Assembly: GCA_002633005.1 (NCBI GenBank)
Contig: NMRA01000015.1
Location: 423,793 to 487,792 of the forward strand
Length of the DNA stretch: 64,000 nt
Origin: Phoronis australis
Lineage: Eukaryota > Animalia > Phoronida
Direction: 5' to 3'
The notes beneath the pieces are model-generated. The model searched no databases and was not told the DNA's origin. It saw nothing but the letters and a program-made list of their open reading frames with translations. Made by a program: the position numbers and the translations under genes. The stretch's first letter is position 1. Each line of letters starts with the position of its first letter. Shown one piece after another: positions 1 to 11,689 of this stretch.

Positions 1-938
1 CACATGTTGCTGACAGACAGGATCCTATCATGGTATGAAATATAACGAGACCAAGGTTATTAAAGTAAAAAAGCAAAAGACTTAATTCAATTTTTGTCTT
101 TTCTAACTAAGCAAGGTCAAATGCAGCTTTAAGTGATTATTTTTTATTGATATGGTTAAATTTTCTTGCATCAAATTTTATAGCACCATTTTCTCAATCA
201 TGTGCGACTGGGAATACAGGAAGCTACAGCACCAAGTTCATGCAACACTTTTGATGTCCATTATTTCTCTACGTGTAGTGTTCTTTATTTCTGGTACTGA
301 GATGGCAAGGTTGGTCTTACGCCTCTTACTGATGGCAAACAAATTACTTTGTATAACTTGAAGAAGAAACACGAAACAACCAGGTACTCGCAAAGGAGTG
401 ATCACTTCAAACACTACCACTAGAGGGAGAACCAACAATAGTAAGCTTGACACTGCCTTAGTGGCGAAGCACTAATCATTACAAAAATTCACTTCACCAG
501 TATCAATCAATCAATTTCGCAGACAGCGGAGTAGATGACAAAAAGTACAGTTGCCACAATAAGGGCTGCAGCACTGCAGATATTCTTCCAATTCACAAGA
601 TCTTTCAAGTGATTTGACAGAAAGTATGAATGTAAAAAAATAGAAGTGCCACTGGGAGGTGCATTAGTTTATTAATTCGTAGGAACATCGACAGGTGCTC
701 TCAGTTGTAGAAAATAAGTATTCAGTGCAGGAAGGCAGCTTCAGCTAAAACCTCAAACTGATTTTTCATCAAAATATGGCTTTATGAACACTTTGTAGTT
801 GAAGTCATGAAAGCATTTTTGGATGTCCCTTTTTAATAACTCCTAAACGCTGAATAAAACCAGTTTAGACCAATGTGTCAAAAATGTTCAAGGGACCATG
901 ATCCAATCTAGATACATATGTTTGAGAATAAAATAAAG

Positions 939-1240
939 TGTGTATGGGTCCACTGGAGACTTGAGTGTAATGTGTGTATGGGTCCACTGGAAAGTGAAGT
1001 GTAATGTGTGTATGGGTCCACTGGAGAGTGGAGTGTAATGTGTGTATGGGTCCACTGGAGAGTGAAGTGTAATGTGTGTATGGGTCCACTGGGTAGTGGA
1101 GTGTAATGTGTGTATGGGTCCACTGGAGAGTGAAGTGTAATGTGTGTATGGGTCCACTGGAGAGTGGAGTGTAATGTGTGTATGGGTCCACTAGAGACTG
1201 GAGTGTAATGTGTGTATGGGTCCACTGGAGACTGGAGTGC
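939..1240. repeat. Minisatellite, 34-bp unit, about 9 copies
   Basis: Unit GTGTAATGTGTGTATGGGTCCACTGGAGAGTG(G/A)A repeated head-to-tail. It explains the three periodic ORFs at 865-1249. Confidence 0.95.
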
Positions 1241-2984
1241 GAAGTGCATACGCCTTCAGGGGTTTTCAGTTATTTTTGGAACAAAGGATAAATTTAAACA
1301 AGTGTAATTCATTTTGAGAAGGCAAGTTATTTCTAGTCATCGCATACTTTTCAAAGTGTCATATTTTTCTTAAACACGCCTACATTTTTGGAGTTGTGGC
1401 CTCCACAAAGTTTATTAATTCAACAGACCATAAACCTAGTCATGACAAGAGAAATGAGTTTGAGAAACCTTAGACAGCAACGGAAATGTAGTCACCTAAA
1501 TAAAACTATTGATTACGAAACTAGATAGTTAATCAGCTATTCTTTAGGCATATTTGTTCTGTTTTATTCATAAACGAACACCCGTTTCATAACACGTCAC
1601 ACCCCAGACAGTCTCAAGGCCTCACAACATGAATATAAGATAACCACACGTTTCTACATGGTAGAACAAAGACTCAAGCCTTCTACCACGAAAAAGTTGG
1701 GAGTTATCAAACTGAAAGACGTGTTTGATACATAACATTTTATTTAATGTAGCTTTATCGATTTTAAAAAACATCCTAATGCTTTTAACAACAAGCATTT
1801 TCAGAAGTATGTTTAGTACGGTAGCGCATCATGCTACCAGTTATCTTATGTAGATTGAAGCTGTTCACTAAAGTTAAGTTTTTCTTCTGTTTCCTTATTA
1901 AATCAGTAAACATCAACAAACATTTCAGAGAAAATTTAGCAGATCTGCTGTAAATTACTAGACCTCACTGATTCACACAATTTTCCTCTGGAAACAATTA
2001 AAGTGGCAATAAACACGCTTTCTATAACCAACATCAATTTTTGATTTACCATTAAGAAATTGGTCTTAAATTGTTCCTTAGTCAAAAATAGGTTTGACTT
2101 CCTAGACTGGGAAAATATTGAGTTGATTATTACACGAGACCAAGCTCAAAAAGTTGACTTGTCATGCTGTCATTTTATTCACCGCGCATAGTCTCCAAAG
2201 TAACAATGGTCAATATCACTGCTTGAAAAATAGTTTTTCATAATTTTGTGACTTTTACCCAACTGCAAAAAATTAAATGTACATTGAGCTGTTATCGGAA
2301 TGTCACTATTACCACCATACATTCCGCTTCACACAATGACGAGTGTTGAATGTTTTGATTTGATTTTTGTGATGGTCACAAAAATCCAGTAGTGAAAGGA
2401 AAAAAGGCAAGAGTCAAAACGCTTGTTTTCTATGATTAAATTGTGGTGCGAGTAGAGATCACAAAGGTTATTTTTGGCATAATAAACTGCTACATAAGCT
2501 CACCTAAAAATTGTCTATATACCGGAACCTGCCATTAAGCAGCAATAAATAAAACTTTTGTGAGGGTAGTCTTTTTCAGTCATGATGCCGTGAACTAATC
2601 TAAACCCAGTATTGGATACATATGCTGGTATACCTGACAATAGATCTGCATCAAACTATTATAAAAATTGCGACACAGGCAGCTGCCCATTGTTAACAGA
2701 AAAAAATAGAGAAACAAACAGAACAAAATGGAATATTCATGGCGAGTAACTGATCGTGAGATATTACAAAAAACATCAATTGTTCTGTTGCAAGATTAGG
2801 GAGAAATGTCTGAAATGGACTCAGAGTTGATCAGACACATTATATTTTATGCAGGCGGTCTGGTACACGCTACACCAGACGCTATACCAGACGTGTGCAG
2901 GCTGCAGAGGAGGGCCCATTGCACTGGTCACCTGGAACCATTTTCATGCTTCACTAACATACAGTTAAATGCATGCTGAGGAGC

Positions 2985-3089
2985 TGGAGACCTGAATTAA
3001 GGGTCAAGCAGTGTCCCCAGTGGAAATCAAACCCACGACCTTCAGTAAAGGAAGAAGACACTTATCCCAACAGGCCACACTGCCTCCTC
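2985..3089 (-). mobile_element. Degenerate tRNA-derived SINE head
   Basis: The minus strand reads GAGGCAGTGTGGCCTGTTGG (A-box-like) ... GGTCGTGGGTTTGATTTCC (B-box-like). No intact cloverleaf. Confidence 0.45.
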
Positions 3090-3989
3090 AGGCAATGCAA
3101 TGGAAATAATACTTAAGTAGAAAACAAACCTTAAATAAAAGCTGACTTTGATCTTTTTCATTGTAATGAGTTTCAAATGAACTTCTTTTCCCATTTTCAT
3201 TTCTAGACTATGTCATTTCTCAAAGGGTTCCCTTGAAGTAACTACAGACTGAGGAATGCACATGACTGATGAAGTGTCCAATTAATGAGCCCAAGTTCTT
3301 TCAATAACAACATAGAAACACAAGTTAACGTATGTAAAGAATTTTTATTTTTTATTATTGTGAGACATAATTTTATTTCCTGTGGCATTTTAATTTCTAA
3401 GCCACGGTCCCTGATAACATAATCTTCACATAAAACAATATTGGTTCATAAAATGATCCAAATGATTTCACAGTTCGTAAAATGATCCAAATCATTTCAC
3501 AGTGATTTAGTTGCCAAACCTTCTAATTGTCCCGAAAATTTAATGAAGCACTTTCAAAAATGCAAGTTTTCAGTTTTTGACTTAGGTTATAATTGTAGAT
3601 TGTGTTATCAATAAATTCCAACCATGGTTCTAAATGATAAAGCTGACATCCCGAAAGTATTTTGAAATTGAGAGGAACATGCTGTTCTGTAGGAAATAAT
3701 AATGTTGATCCAATGAGCAAACACATGTTTGGCTGAAACCTGAGGATATCATAGTAAGAAGCCAACATCGACTAGCAGTCATTTTTTTACCCTTTTCAGG
3801 GAGTTGAATACCTACAGTCAAAATTCAAAATTGTACTCGTACTATCATCGAACTGCGTACTAATAAACTTACTATGACTTTTTCTAACATGGGAGTTGTA
3901 GCCAAAGTTTGCTGGATGAAGAGATTTATCCAGTGCACTTAGCTTGAAACTTTTAGAAAGAAACATTGTAAGCAAGCAAATGCTGACCA

Positions 3990-4230
3990 GGCGCATTGGA
4001 GTTCCACATTCTCTTTGTTGAACTTTTGTCTTTTCTCGGTGGCATTACTCTATTTGTCCTTCGAATGCTAACAAAGTACTACTGCTGTGCTGTAGGCTGC
4101 AACTCCAACGTGAGAATGTTTGATAAACTAGCCAAATACCTGTGGATGCCTGATGTGAACTTCTTCACCTTTCCCAACATCAATGAGACAAAAAAATGCA
4201 AAGCCAATGGGTAAAACAAGTTTGTTGGGT
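3990..4230 (+). pseudogene. Decayed THAP zinc-finger fragment (DNA-transposon relic), copy 1
   Basis: Translation YCCAVGCNS...FFTFP, then a frameshift into QWVKQV, fits the THAP C-x(2-4)-C...FP...W pattern. Homologous to 26295-26515. Confidence 0.6.
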
Positions 4231-5954
4231 TAATTCTGAACCGAATTCCCTTTCTTGAAGATACCCGTTCAATTCCGGCACTTAATGAACAGTTGAAATC
4301 AGGAGTATTTCCACGGCTATACACCTCTCCCAGAGGGACATGATCTGAGAAAATGTGCCAGATTTCCAAAAAGGGGTCATGTGCTTTCTTATCTCCAGAA
4401 CAAAGGAGAGTGCTATTGCCGTGTAATCCGGGACGGCCTTATTACGGTTCACGAGCTTCTCAGACTCCTGTACTTGCCTAAACACCATGTAGTTGAACAG
4501 AGAGATACAGTTCAAATTTAGACTGTGAAGTAAGATTTTTTCACACGGTAATTCTACTCACAGTTGAAATAACGTTGTTTTCTAATTCTATGTATACAGT
4601 GATGCATGTTTACGTGAATCAAAACAGATTTCTGCAATAATTACAATCCCATTCTCTATCATTAATTTTGCTGCCATCTATTAGGACTGGGATGAAGGCT
4701 GACATAGATCAACTGATGACACACAAATCTGGCCAACCAAAAAACCCTAAGTGGCTAATCAACGTGCCTCCAAAGGTGACCCTTAGAAGTTCCTTTCCAA
4801 AATAGTATAGTGTCTGAAAACCATGCCAGCAAACCCGATGCATATTCACAAAATTCCTTGGATTTGTCATCAAATTTATGGTATTTGTAAATTATCAGGA
4901 AATTTTCAAAGCTTTTCTCAATTTCTTGTGAGAACAGAAAGCGCATGAGACAGGCCAACTGTATTGCCTATCGTCAATAACTAAAATTTTATTCCTCAGT
5001 TGTCAGTATTTAGCTCTGCCCACACTAAACTAATGAACTAAGCCATTAAAGCTAAAAAAATCATTTTCATAGTATTCCTTTAACCATGATAGTACTTGAT
5101 TTTCATTTTCAACAACTTACGACATCGAAAGTGTCAGTGCAGACTCAAGAAAACATTTTAGAGTTTTTGGGGTAGTATAAGCCAACCCTATAGTTGAAAA
5201 TTGACATACGGTGCATGTAGGTTTTGCCTGTGATTTGAATTGACAGCTCTCTCAGTAACATTTCAACATTGAATAAGCCTGTTTTTATAAACACTAAGGT
5301 TAAGAATTCAACATTGAAAGCTAAACTGCAGCGAAACCCACCTTTAACTGCTGGACTTTAAGTCAGCAGCTTGCCAAATCAGAGCATAGTTAAACATGTT
5401 ACTATTTTTCAGAAATTATAAGCTTGCCCTTCATTTTGATCAGGTGAAGTTGTTGTCTATTGATCGATCAATCAACGAACCCGTTTATTGCTTACTCACA
5501 TTGAAATGTACTAACATTTAGTCAACAAAACAGCCATATTTATGTTAACTCATGACTTGACACAACACATCCATGGAAACACACACTTTGCAAAATGAAT
5601 CTCTATTGCCAAAAATATTTTCACTAATGTTTATAGAAACAAAAGCGAAATCAAATTGAAAGAAGTTTTATTTTCAAGTGAAAAGGTTTAGAAATTCAGA
5701 CAACCTTAACTGTTTAATTACTTGTCATGCGCTTGAACATGTTACAATGATAAGTCACATTTGCATGACCATCTCTCCCCACATGAAGAATGCAGACAGT
5801 TGACCTGATATGACCAGACGTAAACACACACTGTACTTTCGCGCTAAAATCGATTATATCAGATGTCACCGAACAGTGGAAATAAGTCTGCGATTACAAT
5901 AAAAAACCCAACTACAATCAGCTGTATACTTCTGACTGTATCTAAGATATAAAT

Positions 5955-6680
5955 GTTGTCACTTCCGTTCATTTTTTTCTACGCGGTTAAAAAATGGCAG
6001 AATAGTGTCTGTCGGCTTTATCGAGTATCTATGGTCGGCCGCCGTCTAGACAGTCTGGTTGAACAACGCGCCCAGACAATGGCATAAATCGTTGCTTAAA
6101 TAATTCCGATTAAAATTACAAGCTTCAGAATGTATTTCAAATATATCTCTAACAGAAAAACGAAATACATATAACATACTTTTCCATTTAACAGGGTACA
6201 TACCTAACAATAAGAATCTCCCTTTTTTAACTCGACATTTTTTATGTCGGCCATATTACAAGTGCACACGAGTGGCGACCTCTCGGTAAAGACTTCAGGT
6301 CAACAAAAGACGTCGCTTGCCGCGTTCTGGGCAGCGGGTTTGACTAACTGCACCGGGCAACATGTTGTTCGTGCCCCGGAGCGACTAAAGACATTGCCCT
6401 GGTTGATATCTATTACCGTTTCATGATTTTTTGCCTCATTTTAGACCAAAATATGCTTCAGTTAATACTGAAGTTCGGAGTTCTTACGTTTTTGCGTAAG
6501 TTCTTTCGTAAGTCACCAAGTTTTCGAATGTCCACACCGCGCTGCCAACGGAAAATCGCCGACTAGTGGCAGTGCTTAGGCTTTTGCGCATCTCTCTAGT
6601 CAATTCAGAAAAAAAGTAACCATGGCAGAGGTTTTTGGAAAATTTCTTCGCTTCAGAACTTCAGAGTCAAATATTTTCAG
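5955..6680. promoter_or_regulatory. Possible CpG-richer promoter region with a candidate first exon on the minus strand
   Basis: Local CpG enrichment, ETS-like CACTTCCG and YY1-like AAAATGGC/AATATGGCCG motifs, and a strong minus-strand donor TAG|GTATGT at 6204/6203. No downstream coding exon was identified. Confidence 0.3.
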
Positions 6681-7158
6681 GTTAGCACGACGCAACAGCA
6701 TAATCTGCTGCAGAAAAAAGGTTGGACGGACTTAAGTTGGTCTTGGCCACAATAAGTTTTTCTTACCATGGATGTCAGTACAAGTCTGACTTTCTTTGCC
6801 GCCTAATTGTTACTGTTACAAACGTGAAAATAAAATTTACAAAAGGTATAATGGTTTGTGAGCGTCCGGGAAGTGGCACACACTACAATTTCATCTCCCA
6901 GCCACAATTTTCGACCCGGAGCACGCCGAACCCCCCACCTCGGTCCCCACTAAGTTTCCCCCGACTCACTTGCCGTGTGAGTAACTCGCAGGTCGAAGAA
7001 ATATTTATACGACGATTTATCTTGAAGGACGTACCGAGTGCACGAACCAGTACGAATACTGTGTAAGTGGAAATTCACCCAATGTTGTACTCACGCGAGC
7101 AGTGAGTGACGAATTATCCATTATGGACCAACGATTGGCAAATTAAACCGTTTTAGTA

Positions 7159-8315
7159 CAGTGGCGGATCTAGGATATCACAAGGGGGGCCCAACATTTT
7201 GTCCGGCTGTAAGCATTTGCGCAAACCACGATTGTAGATGCGCATAGCACCGAATGGGGGGAGGTCGGGAGGGGGGTTTTCCCCCCCTCCCGCTCAGGAA
7301 ATTTTTCTGTTTTTTCCTCTAAAAATCAAGCATTTTCCTTGATTTCTGATGTATCATCCAAGAAAAAAAGGAAGAAAAAACACGAAGAACGTGTCACACA
7401 GGAAAAATTGCGAGCATCACGGACACGAACCCACGACCTGGCTGATTGGACGTGCGTGCTTAGCCACTACACCATCACGACTTCAACAATAAATCGTAAT
7501 TAAGAGACCTACTTGTTTATGGTCCACAACGTTTGCGCGCGAAACCTACTTCTTTTTGTAATGCTTATTACACGTTATTTATTTTGTGCAATCGGTTCTT
7601 AACAAATTTGTTGTATTTAAAATAGTCAAATGCCCAAAAGACCAAATCCGTTTTTCGTGTTGGCAATAATGACGGGATTGCTTTGGAAATCGTCTTAAGT
7701 TAAGGTTTGACAAAGAGAGAATTAATGAGTTTCTGAGTGATTCACTAAGGCTTCGATTAAAATTCACGTCTTACCAGCAGCTTCTGTTTTTTCATCGTCA
7801 CTCAGGTTCCATTTTCTTTAAAAAATGAAGTAAATTTTCTCCATTGCACAATGGAGCAGACGACGGAAACGGAGTCGTAGTGCGCAGCGCCACTGCNNNN
7901 NNNNNNNNNNNNNNNNNNNNNNNNNNNNNNNNNNNNNNNNNNNNNNNNNNNNNNNNNNNNNNNNNNNNNNNNNNNNNNNNNNNNNNNNNNNNNNNNNNNN
8001 NNNNNNNNNNNNNNNNNNNNNNNNNNNNNNNNNNNNNNNNNNNNNNNNNNNNNNNNNNNNNNNNNNNNNNNNNNNNNNNNNNNNNNNNNNNNNNNNNNNN
8101 NNNNNNNNNNNNNNNNNNNNNNNNNNNNNNNNNNNNNNNNNNNNNCCCCCCCAAACACTAAAACTGCACACATTTAAATCTTTTTTCATCCGTATAATTT
8201 TGATTACCGGGGCAAATTAATAAACTCAACATTTCCCTACGCTCTTGCTGTTTTATTTTTTTGCGCCAGCCAAGGAGGGGGGGAGGGCCGGGCCCCCTGG
8301 GCCCCCCCCTAAATC
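7159..8315. mobile_element. Non-autonomous DNA transposon with CAGTGGCGGATC end (hAT-like), copy 1, spanning the assembly gap
   Basis: 7159-7895 aligns with 10871-11583. After the gap, a C-rich right-end-like segment stops at TAAATC, where another repeat begins. Confidence 0.75.
7897..8145. other. Assembly gap (249 N)
   Basis: Run of n. Confidence 1.
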
Positions 8316-8989
8316 TTCGGTCTCGGTCGATACGCGTAATAATATCGAGTGGGATATTACTTCATGTACGCCAATCGAGGTACGTTTTGTATTTATCTCA
8401 TACGCTTCGAATTCCTAAGTTTCTTTCATTTTTTCCGCAGATTTTTTAAATACTTCACTCAGACTGTTCACGTGGCGGATCACATCCTATATGTAGGCTT
8501 ACGCACTTGCACGTTAGGCTGCAAGTTTTCTCTAGTAAAAGAAACAGTTTTAAATGTGACGATTTATTACTTGAAAAGGGATAACAAAGATGAAAACAAC
8601 TTTTCATTGAACTTGTAACATTTCCTGATAAATAACAACAATATTTGATATTGTAGTTAACGAGGAATCGGCGCCTGAGTTGCAGACGATAAAATAATTA
8701 GGAAATGAAAACTGAGACAGAACTATCATATAATAAACAGTCCTGTTCCAGATGTTACGATTGAGACCTGATAGTATGTTGAGCGTTGTTTACGCTGCTA
8801 TAATTGTGTTGCTTTAAACTATTTTCCGAAAGTTTGGTGATCGAACCGCGTAACGACGTCAAGTCGACATTGACCTACCTTTTGAACTTTCCGTGTCAGA
8901 GGTCACTGTTGAAGTAGTACGGGGATGAACACGGAAAACTTTATTACATGGCCGTATTTCCCTCGACAGATTCAACGCGTATGGGATAA
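8316..8989. mobile_element. Palindrome-bearing interspersed repeat, copy 1 (5'-truncated, internally deleted)
   Basis: Collinear with about 41340-42190 and shares its end CAGATTCAACGCGTATGGGATAA. Lacks about 200 bp present in copy 2. Confidence 0.85.
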
Positions 8990-9345
8990 CAGTGGCGGAT
9001 CTACAGGGGGGGGGGTTAAGGGGGTTTAAACCCCCCCTTGGGCCAGGACCCAAAAATAAAAAAAAACGTGTTAAGCAAAACAAAAACGGCACCGCCAACG
9101 TGTGTAAACCCCAAATAAACCAACTTGGAAAAAATAGAGGGGGAAGGGTTCAATCTGAAAATATAATGTTTTGCATTGTGAATTGCTGTTATGAAAATCA
9201 AAACATTTCGTGTCTTTGTGGCTCATCGGCAAAACGCGCGGAGAGATCAATTGTGCGCGCGCTTCAGCCGACACTTCTGAAGTAGCCAAGCATTCGGGAT
9301 CCACCGCTGAAAGAGCAGCTCTATAGCTGATTTCTTTAGGCAATT

Positions 9346-9592
9346 CATGCGCGCACCCACGGGGGGCTCTGGGGGCTCAAATGAGCCCCCCATCTGGCGA
9401 AGTGGGCAAAAAGGTCCGCCCCTTTGAGACAAAAAGTCCGAGAAAATGAGACATAAGTCCATTAAACATGCGCAATTGCGCAATCCACTTTGCTGTTCCC
9501 GTTTTTTTTTAGTCCGCCCCACTTTTTTGTAACCAAAAGGTCCACAAAGTAAAGAATTCGAGCCCCCCCATTGAAGGCTGGGTGCGCGCATG
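9346..9592. mobile_element. MITE with CATGCGCGCACC terminal inverted repeats, copy 1
   Basis: Ends are CATGCGCGCACCCA...TGGGTGCGCGCATG. A related copy lies in opposite orientation at 15617-15854. Confidence 0.8.
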
Positions 9593-9919
9593 TAATAGCA
9601 ATTAGCTTCTTTACTCTAAGATATGTCTTGATTTGATTAGGGGAAATACTGTAGTGCCGCAACCCTGATATTCAGACGAATTGACGTGCAACGTTTTTAC
9701 TTCATCTGTCATCCCGTGTTATTCTATTACACTCCACACGTTTGTAACTCGAATTTAGCTGGTGTATAGTAAAGTTGCCTTGCGCAACATCACACAGTGT
9801 ACATGTACATGTAATATTTTTGAAAAAAATCGTTTTCCGAAGAATTGCTATTGTGGCGGGCGTCGTGGTCTGGTCGAGAGTCCGTTTGAAGATGCACTTT
9901 AACAAGTTGTGTCTATACA

Positions 9920-10870
9920 AGGAATGAACACGGGGGCACTCATTCGCATTCGCGAACAGTGTACAGTACCAGAAATTGCGGGGAGGTTGTACTTTCACAA
10001 CAAAGTCTTGCGGGACTGGTGCGATGTTCAATAGGGCTCCAAAGGAGTCCTAGTTCCGACCTCAATACCTGCAATAAGCACCACTGCCGTCTTCTATACT
10101 GGGAATTTCCGCAGAAAGGCCCACCCGATGAAACGTCCATGCCCATGGGCATTTATTTGATGTTAGTAGTCCGGGTTTCAAGCGTTCAGACATTGGGACG
10201 TTTATTCCGAAAATTGCAAGAAATGCAAATTGGCCCTGGGATACGTCGTCAAGGTTTGAAGCAGTCCACGATGAACTGATCAAATTAAGTTACGCATGTA
10301 AGTCTTTAGATTGGATTTGGCAACCTCAGGGCGCTTAGTGCCAACTGAGCTGCGGAACGAGACGCTGAAATTGTAGAGGCTTACAAGCTCATTGACACAG
10401 CAGTTGTCGAAGTGCAAGCGTTGGGAACAAACATCGAAGATGTCTGGATAGAATGGTTCTAAGACGAGCAAACCATTGGATCCGATATATAGATTCATTG
10501 GAAGTCAAGACAACAGAAGGATAGGACTAACGTTCCTGGAGAAACACCCAGGTAATTAGTTATAATTCTACATAGTTTGTATATAAAGCCGGTTTTTTAT
10601 GCTTGTGTACAATGAAAACGAATTCAAACAGAAATTATTTTTGGACATGCCAAATTTTCCCAGTACAGCAGAGGGTCTACGAGCGCACAGAAACTGATTC
10701 TGGTTTGTATTTCCACTTGGCTCTGTCTGTTTCATATCCAAAATCTATTTCACGTAGTGCGTTGTTAAATTTGTTGTCAATACTTGTTTCTTTCAGTGAG
10801 TACTACAGAACGGTGCAAAAACCCTTCCTAGACAACCTCTCGCAGCAGTTGACCAACAAATGTGTAAAAT
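9920..10870 (+). pseudogene. Decayed hAT-superfamily transposase (THAP12/PRKRIR-like) with an intron
   Basis: Fragments ERDAEIVEAYKLIDTAV and SRQQKDRTNVPGETP, spliced through GT 10552..AG 10796 to SEYYRTVQKPFLDNLSQQL, resemble the hAT C-terminal region RQxxRxNxPxxTPEEYYRxxxxxPFLD. Many stops and frameshifts. Confidence 0.7.
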
Positions 10871-11689
10871 CAGTGGCGGATCTAGGATATCACAAGGGGG
10901 GGGGGCCCAACATTTTGTCCGGCTGGAAGCATTTGCGCAAACCGAACCACGATTGTAAATGCGCATAGCACCGAATGGGGGGAGGTCGGGAGGGGGGTTT
11001 GCCCCCCTCCCGCCCAGGAAATTTTTCTGTTTTTACCTCTAAAAATCAAGCATTTGCCTTGATTCCTGAAGTATTATCCAAGAAAAAAAGGCAAAAAAAA
11101 AAACACGGAGGAAAAAAATGCAAGTGTCAAAGACTCGAACTCATGACCTAGAGGGTTGAACTCGCGTACGTTACCACTACACCACCACGATTTAACTACA
11201 TCACTTGTACTAAAAGACTTACTTGTTTATGGGCCACAGCGTTTGCGCGCGTAACCTACTTCTTTTTGTAATGCTTATTATACGTTTTATATTTTGTGCC
11301 ATCAATTCTTAACAAATTTGTCGTATTTGAAATAGTCTTCAAATGCCCAAAAGACCAAATCCATTTTTCGTGTTGGCAATAATGACGGGATTGCTTTGAC
11401 AAAGAGAGTATTGCGAGTTTCTGAGTGATTCACTAAGGCTTCGATTAAAATTCACATTTTACCAGCAGCTTCTGTTTTTTCATCGCCACTCAGGTTCCAT
11501 TTTCTTTAAAAAATGAAGTAAATTTTCTTCATTGTACAGTGGAGCAGACGACGGAAACGGAGTCGTAGTGCACAGCGCCGCTGCCGGTCGCCTAGGATAT
11601 CGCGGGAGATTCTATACTTAGCCATAGTTCCGTTATGAACGCGCCGTGTTCCGAATTTGACACTTGAAATTGGANTAAATCCGCCTATA
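10871..11689. mobile_element. Non-autonomous DNA transposon with CAGTGGCGGATC end, copy 2
   Basis: About 90% similar to 7159-7895. A right-end-like TAAATCCGCCTATA follows the n at 11675. AAAAT on both sides (10866-10870, 11690-11694) may be a 5-bp TSD. Confidence 0.75.

Noticed and set aside
152-453. Short hydrophobic ORFs at the window start
   Set aside because: No recognisable domain or convincing splice sites.
865-1249. His/Thr/Pro-rich ORFs in three frames
   Set aside because: By-product of the stop-free 34-bp repeat.
7798-8189. ORFs of more than 100 aa
   Set aside because: They run through the N gap.
7410-11190. Functional tRNA genes (Trp or opal-suppressor-like loops)
   Set aside because: Acceptor, anticodon and T stems do not pair. 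Only the promoter boxes are retained.
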